The notes beneath the pieces were generated by a model. That model had not been told where the DNA came from. It saw only the letters and a list, made by a program, of their open reading frames with translations, and searched no databases. From positions 147 to 64,146 of the forward strand of contig DATJAH010000044.1 of the NCBI GenBank assembly GCA_035516425.1: a DNA stretch of 64,000 nt, given 5' to 3'. The stretch is from Anaerolineales bacterium. GTDB taxonomy: Bacteria > Chloroflexota > Anaerolineae > Anaerolineales > Villigracilaceae. Positions 59,859-64,000 of the stretch are shown one piece after another (the first letter of the stretch is position 1; every line of letters starts with the position of its first letter). The position numbers were made by a program, and so were the translations under genes.

Positions 59859-60693
59859 CCCGGATCTCCTGCTCGCTCTTGCCGTACTTCTTCTGCGCCT
59901 CGGCGACGACCTGCGCGAACGTGCCGGTGTAGTCCTTCGTCTTCGTCTCAGCCATGGCTTGCGCCGTAAGGCTGTTTTCCGATGTCGGAATGGAAGCGCG
60001 TACTGGTGCATCCGCCCCGCCCGCCATCCAGTCCGCCAACACTTTGAAGAACTTGAGGTCCGGCTTGACCATCTGGCGATCGGCGAGGTCTTTGCAGCGC
60101 GACTTGGACACGATCAAGCGATGGTCCACGTCCATATCGCAGACGATGGTGAACTCGTATTCCACGCCTGCGCGCTGAATGGGCGCCATGCCCAGTTTCT
60201 TGATGGTCTTCTTGCCGCCTTCATCGACCTGCTCGTAGTCCATCTTGGAGCGCATGGTCACGATGATGTGGGCCGGGGATTGAAGCATGGCATCGATCAA
60301 TTTGTTGTGCAGCGGCGTCACCTTTCTCCAGGCCACATAGGAATTGCCGGACTTGGAGGCCGCCACCGCCTGATCCACGAGAGACAGCGCGCCGCCCTCG
60401 CCTTCCCAAGCGTGCGACATGCTGTCGATCACGATCACGTCATATCCCGCATCTTCCGCCGAGTGGATCGCCTCCACGTAGACTTCGGGCGAGAAATTGC
60501 GATGATCCATCGGGAGTTCGAGGACATCGAATTTGAAATAGTCGGCATACAAGCGGGCAGAACCGCGCTCGGTATCGATGACTGCGACCTTGCCACCATC
60601 GGCCAGCGCCGTGGCAGCCATCAGCGCGGTATAGGTCTTACCCGCACCAGATGGACCGCGGACTACGTTTAAGGGGCACCGGGCGCAGCACTG
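59794..60693 (-). pseudogene. Phage-type RecA-fold ATPase (AAA_24/Sak4-like), decayed at both ends
   Basis: Walker A GPSGAGKT (60634-60657) lies upstream of the first ATG/GTG/TTG (60621), only 13 codons after an in-frame TGA. Walker B VIVIDSMSH. The 3' end runs into the truncated intron near 59860. Confidence 0.6.
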
Positions 60694-60803
60694 TCACCGT
60701 TCGCACGCTCCAGGCTCACCGGTGAAACAGAAAGGAGCCTCCCTCTCAGCACGCTGTATAATGTATAGAGATAGAGAGTTTACGGCTGAAGAGAGCGGGA
60801 ACC

Positions 60804-61376
60804 ATGACAGACCCAGAGCCAAGGGAACCACCAAAAGCTGCAAAGAGCGAAAAGCTGGCGGTCGCCGGTTTGGTCTCGGGCGCGAAGCCGGTGCTTGTCT
60901 GGCTGGTGTTGATCGCGGCAGCGGCAATCGTCGCGCTAATCCTGCTGTACAACGCCCTGTTCCCCCAAACGCATTGGCAAAATCGCGAGCTGGACCGAAA
61001 CCTCGCCAAGTGGACGAAGCAAGGTATTACCCACTACCGGATGTCCGTAGATGTAGGGGGCTACGGCAACTTCGCCAACATGCCGTTGAGGGTGGAAGTC
61101 CAGAATGACGATGTCGTGTGGGCAGTGGACGCGCAGGGACGCAAGGTGACCACTGGAGATGGCTTGGGCGTGGGCCCGTACTTCCCGTCTAAATTGACGA
61201 TCACTGGGCTGTTCTCTTTTTCGCATGAGTTAATCTTGCGAAAGCCGGCCATGCTGCTTATCAGCTATGATCCTGCCCTGGGTTATCCTCAGTCAATTTA
61301 CATTGACCCTTGGCATGAGCCCTGCTGCCAGGACTATGCGATCGGAGTGGAGGACTTCAAAATCCTTTCACCTTAA
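60804..61376 (+). CDS. Membrane-anchored hypothetical protein
   Basis: 190 aa with one TM helix (aa ~30-52) and a C-terminal CC pair. TATAAT lies about 40 nt upstream. Confidence 0.5.
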   Translation: MTDPEPREPPKAAKSEKLAVAGLVSGAKPVLVWLVLIAAAAIVALILLYNALFPQTHWQNRELDRNLAKWTKQGITHYRMSVDVGGYGNFANMPLRVEVQNDDVVWAVDAQGRKVTTGDGLGVGPYFPSKLTITGLFSFSHELILRKPAMLLISYDPALGYPQSIYIDPWHEPCCQDYAIGVEDFKILSP

Positions 61377-61568
61377 GAGCTGCTGCCAACGGGAGCCAAG
61401 CTGGCACCGGGGTCGACGTCTTCATTGCGTTTCGCCTTGCCCAATGGACATAATTCCAATATAATCAGATAACAAAAAGAGGCATCAGCCTCAACGGTTC
61501 GAATGAGTTTCAGATCCCCGAAAAACGAGAGTTTCGAGAGGATCCAGGGGTAAAACACCCTATTTCCT

Positions 61569-61640
61569 GCGGGAGTCGCCAAGCGGTAAGGCGTCAGCCT
61601 TCCAAGCTGATATTCGCGGGTTCGAATCCCGTCTCCCGCT
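61569..61640 (+). tRNA. tRNA-Gly (anticodon UCC, 61601-61603)
   Basis: Full cloverleaf folded by hand: acceptor GCGGGAG/CTCCCGC, D stem GCC/GGC, anticodon stem TCAGC/GCTGA with loop CTTCCAA, T arm GCGGG-TTCGAAT-CCCGT, discriminator T. No encoded CCA. Confidence 0.9.
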
Positions 61641-61709
61641 CTGCTTAGCGGTTAGTCATTAGCGTTCCGTGGTCCATCAACGTTAACTGCTAATCGCTAA
61701 TTGCTTTCC

Positions 61710-61750
61710 GGGCCCGTGGCGCAGTGGTTAGCGCAGGCGACTCAAAATCA
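61710..61750 (+). repeat. Orphan tRNA 5' fragment (acceptor 5' strand, D arm, anticodon stem-loop CUCAAAA; Leu-CAA if the loop is native)
   Basis: GGGCCCG-TG-GCGC-AGTGGTTA-GCGC-A-GGCGA-CTCAAAA then TCA; tRNA-like structure stops here. No variable arm, T arm or acceptor 3' strand within the next 100 nt. Confidence 0.55.
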
Positions 61751-61841
61751 CTTTTAGCGATCTCACACCACCACCACATCTGCTTTTCCAGATCAATGAT
61801 CAGTAGCTCTATCCCATATATGGGGGTATCGTTTCAGGTCA

Positions 61842-62951
61842 CTACTGCAATTTTAATGCGACCGGAGTGATCTTTTCCTCGATCTTTTCAGCAGCTTCTT
61901 CCTGTGAACGGCCAATGGAATGACCATAGATATCGGTGGTGACGCTCGCCTTCGAGTGACCCGATCTCTGCTGCACCGTATTGACCGGTGTGCCCATCTC
62001 CAACAGGAAAGTAATCGATGTGTGACGCAGGTCGTGAAAGCGGATATCGGGGAGACCCGCTTTCATCAGCACCTTCTTGAACTCCTTGGATACCTTGCTA
62101 TCATCCAAAAAAGTACCGAGGCTGTTGGTGAATATCAGGTCATCTTCTGTCCATGGATTTTGGAGTCTTCGATGAACTTCCAGTCTTCTCAACGTCTCAG
62201 GACCGAGTTGGATCTGGCGCCGTCCAGCCTTCGTCTTGGGCGGCACAAGCTCAAAGCGTCCAGAGATCTGTTGAAGCTGCCGCTGAACCAGAAGGATTCC
62301 TTTCTCCCGATCAAGGTCGGTCCACTTCAAACCTAGGAGTTCTCCTTTGCGCATCCCACTCGCAAGTGCCAGGTAAAAGAGCATTTCATAGGGCGAGCCG
62401 CAGCAAGCGATTAGGAACTGTTGAACTTGTTCTTCGTTCAAGATTTGGAATTCCCTGCGTTCCACCCTCGGTCTTTGGACCGCATCTGCTGGGTTGCGAC
62501 CCAGGATGCCTTCCTTCACCGCTTGTTGCAACGCTGCATGCAGCACCACGTGCGCCAACTGGATCATGCGCGCCCCCTTGCCTTCCTCTTTCAGCTGGGC
62601 ATATAAACGCTTGAGATGATCCGGTTGGATTTGCTGAAGCCGCATTTTGCCAAGATAGGGAAGGATATCTCGCTCGGCCGTGCCGCGATACCCACGCGCG
62701 GTCCAGGGTCGGACAGACAGCACCTTGCTTCCCAGCCAGGTTCTCAAGAACGACTCTAAGGTGATCTTCGTACTATCATAGGTCAAGCCGCCTTCGATCC
62801 GTTCCATGGTTACCTTGATCCATTCTCGGCATTCCGTTGGGCTCTTACCGTATTTCGTGACTCGTCTTCCATTCAGACTGACTTGCGCGCACCAAAATCC
62901 ATCTTTTCGCTGATAGAGCGTGCCTTCGTGGTTTCCTCTTCTTTTAGCCAT
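61842..62951 (-). CDS. Phage-type tyrosine integrase
   Basis: N-terminal GTLYQRKDGFWCAQV arm-binding-type domain. Catalytic residues ASGMRKGE, HDLRHT and GHSKASVTTDIY. ATG 62951 sits 7 nt after AAGGAGG. Confidence 0.85.
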   Translation of the reverse strand: MAKRRGNHEGTLYQRKDGFWCAQVSLNGRRVTKYGKSPTECREWIKVTMERIEGGLTYDSTKITLESFLRTWLGSKVLSVRPWTARGYRGTAERDILPYLGKMRLQQIQPDHLKRLYAQLKEEGKGARMIQLAHVVLHAALQQAVKEGILGRNPADAVQRPRVERREFQILNEEQVQQFLIACCGSPYEMLFYLALASGMRKGELLGLKWTDLDREKGILLVQRQLQQISGRFELVPPKTKAGRRQIQLGPETLRRLEVHRRLQNPWTEDDLIFTNSLGTFLDDSKVSKEFKKVLMKAGLPDIRFHDLRHTSITFLLEMGTPVNTVQQRSGHSKASVTTDIYGHSIGRSQEEAAEKIEEKITPVALKLQ

Positions 62952-63081
62952 GTACATACCTCCTTGCAATTGTGGAGGTCAAGTTCAGAAGAATGAGTCT
63001 GGATGACTGTACTATTTGAATGTTAAGGTGCCATCTGCCACTAGGCAGATTGTAACCCATACGCAAACACATCCTTTGAAA

Positions 63082-63291
63082 TTACTCCCCATCGCTCGGT
63101 GATGGCATCGTGAGATTGCCCTGCACTGCATTGCTGTGGAGATATCCTTCCAGATCTTCCGGTCTGACACGTAATGACTTTCCAACATGCACCACTGGAA
63201 GTTCACCGCGCTTCAACATGAGATACGCATAGGAACGACTGACTTTCAAAATCTTGGCGACTTCATCGCCGGTGAGTAGGGGTTGTGTCAT
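63082..63291 (-). CDS. Excisionase-family helix-turn-helix protein (HTH_17/MerR-like), copy 1
   Basis: 69 aa. LLTGDEVAKILKVSRSYAYLMLKRGELPVVHVGKSLRVRPEDLEGYL. ATG lies 7 nt after TATAAT. Confidence 0.7.
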   Translation of the reverse strand: MTQPLLTGDEVAKILKVSRSYAYLMLKRGELPVVHVGKSLRVRPEDLEGYLHSNAVQGNLTMPSPSDGE

Positions 63292-63592
63292 GGACGGCAT
63301 TATAGAAAATAGACCATCCAAAGTCAAGCGATGGCTCATCCACTGCTTCCATAGCGTTATTTGGCTTATAGACTTTTTTAAACTCAATAACCTATGGACA
63401 GAATGGACGGGGCTTCTAACTTCACCATGCAGCCTGGGCGAACATAAGAATTGGTACAAAGAATTGGAGCAGATCACTTCATTCGTGACTGCGCAGCGGT
63501 ATCGTATACCAATGTGCCGCTGTGCTTGAGTGCCATCGTAACCCAAGGAAGAGAAAATTGCGATTGATTGATCTGACACTGGATCAAAGCAG

Positions 63593-63802
63593 TCAATCTC
63601 TTTCGAGGAAAGATTGCGCGACGGTATAGCTCCCTGACGCATTATCATTGATATATCGTTCTAGATCTTCTGGCCTCACCCGCACTGCACCTCCGACATG
63701 CACAGTTGGAATGTCGCCGCGCTTCATCAATAGATAAGCGAATGAGCGGCTTACATGGAGGATCTTGGCGACCTCCTCACTCTTAAGTAATTGTTGCTGC
63801 AT
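63593..63802 (-). CDS. Excisionase-family helix-turn-helix protein, copy 2
   Basis: 69 aa. LLKSEEVAKILHVSRSFAYLLMKRGDIPTVHVGGAVRVRPEDLERYI. GAGGAG lies 8 nt upstream of the ATG. Confidence 0.7.
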   Translation of the reverse strand: MQQQLLKSEEVAKILHVSRSFAYLLMKRGDIPTVHVGGAVRVRPEDLERYINDNASGSYTVAQSFLERD

Positions 63803-64000
63803 TTGATAACTCCTCAGATCAAAACGATGAATGGGTGGCATTATAGAGACCACATAATCCGAAGTCAAGCAACGGCTTGTCCATTGATTACATGGGGTTG
63901 CTTGGCTTATAGACTTTTTAAAACTTGAGACACTATGGAAAAAGATGTAAGGCTTGGAAAACAATGAGTACACTGATCGCCGACACCAACCACCCAATCA

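Larger units (their letters stand above)
58617..59866 (-). mobile_element. 5'-truncated group II intron (IIC-like): partial IEP ORF plus domains V-VI
   Basis: The RT/maturase ORF lacks its RT0 N-terminus and all upstream ribozyme domains. A domain-V-like hairpin and a second hairpin follow the stop. End coordinates are approximate (about +/-10 nt). Confidence 0.7.
53154..61624 (+). mobile_element. Integrated genomic island (~8.4 kb) bounded by 56-nt tRNA-Gly-derived direct repeats
   Basis: A perfect direct repeat at both ends. A tyrosine integrase lies 75 nt inside the left repeat. The cargo is phage/intron debris plus one giant secreted protein. Confidence 0.75.
61751..64000. mobile_element. 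Left part of a second integrative element (continues beyond the window)
   Basis: An integrase lies directly beside a truncated tRNA, followed by two excisionase-like genes. GC content drops visibly after ~62970. Confidence 0.55.
63082..64000 (-). repeat. Diverged tandem duplication, period 541 bp (xis gene plus its upstream region)
   Basis: Landmarks recur at exactly +541: GGCATTATAGA at 63296 and 63837, and TTGGCTTATAGACTTTTTTAAA at 63361 and 63902. The two xis ORFs are offset by 511 bp, not 541, so the gene-proximal part carries an indel. Confidence 0.6.

Noticed and set aside
58689-60011. Full 440-aa ORF, that is, an RT with a 51-aa Arg-rich N-terminal extension. This could have been a novel RT fusion or a defence-associated RT partnered with the adjacent ATPase.
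   Set aside because: The extension is simply the ATPase gene read out of frame. The RT carries a maturase X domain, YADD, and a domain-V hairpin after its stop, so it is a truncated group II intron IEP rather than a retron, DGR, Abi or DRT enzyme. No msr/msd-like or TR/VR repeats are seen.

Overview
This is a 64-kb stretch of a moderately GC-rich bacterial chromosome. Pro/Thr-rich linkers, LCP/LysM envelope genes and leaderless-looking starts suggest Chloroflexota/Anaerolineae, but that is a guess only. I can support about 60 protein genes, one intact tRNA and two tRNA 5' fragments. I saw no rRNA and no CRISPR array.

Gene order, left to right:
- 185-4752: an envelope/EPS-modification block (GT39-like membrane protein, GNAT, FemAB-like protein, polysaccharide deacetylase).
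- 4874-13279: a minus-strand purine/ureide catabolic cluster. It holds carbamate kinase, a YgeW-like and a PyrB-like carbamoyltransferase, a YgeY-type M20 hydrolase, a GntR/HutC regulator, adenine deaminase and an 8-oxoguanine-deaminase-like amidohydrolase. It is driven by a consensus promoter with a palindromic operator.
- 13970-22741: an ECF sigma/anti-sigma pair, two ABC-2 exporters, DsbA, MFS and MarR.
- 22827-39741: housekeeping genes (folD, mtaB, tilS), envelope genes (histidine kinase, LysM, LCP), and a tight operon that combines a GGDEF cyclase with a CYTH adenylate cyclase.
- 39827-47189: a decaying LacI-linked sugar locus. It contains a DegT gene with two in-frame stops, two GH4 hydrolases and a permease stub.
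- 47282-53051: a PAS histidine kinase, a nucleotidyltransferase with a histone-H1-like tail, PAP2, DinB and SDR.

The right-hand 11 kb is accessory DNA.
- Island 1 is about 8.4 kb and is bounded by a perfect 56-nt direct repeat equal to nt 1-56 of tRNA-Gly(UCC). It carries a tyrosine integrase, a 1370-aa secreted beta-helix repeat protein, a 5'-truncated group II intron and a decayed phage-type ATPase.
- Island 2 follows immediately and starts at a second tRNA 5' fragment. It carries an integrase and tandemly duplicated excisionase modules, and runs off the window.

The 5'-side tRNA geometry of both islands is the most unusual thing I see. All functional calls rest on motif recognition by eye; no database search was run.
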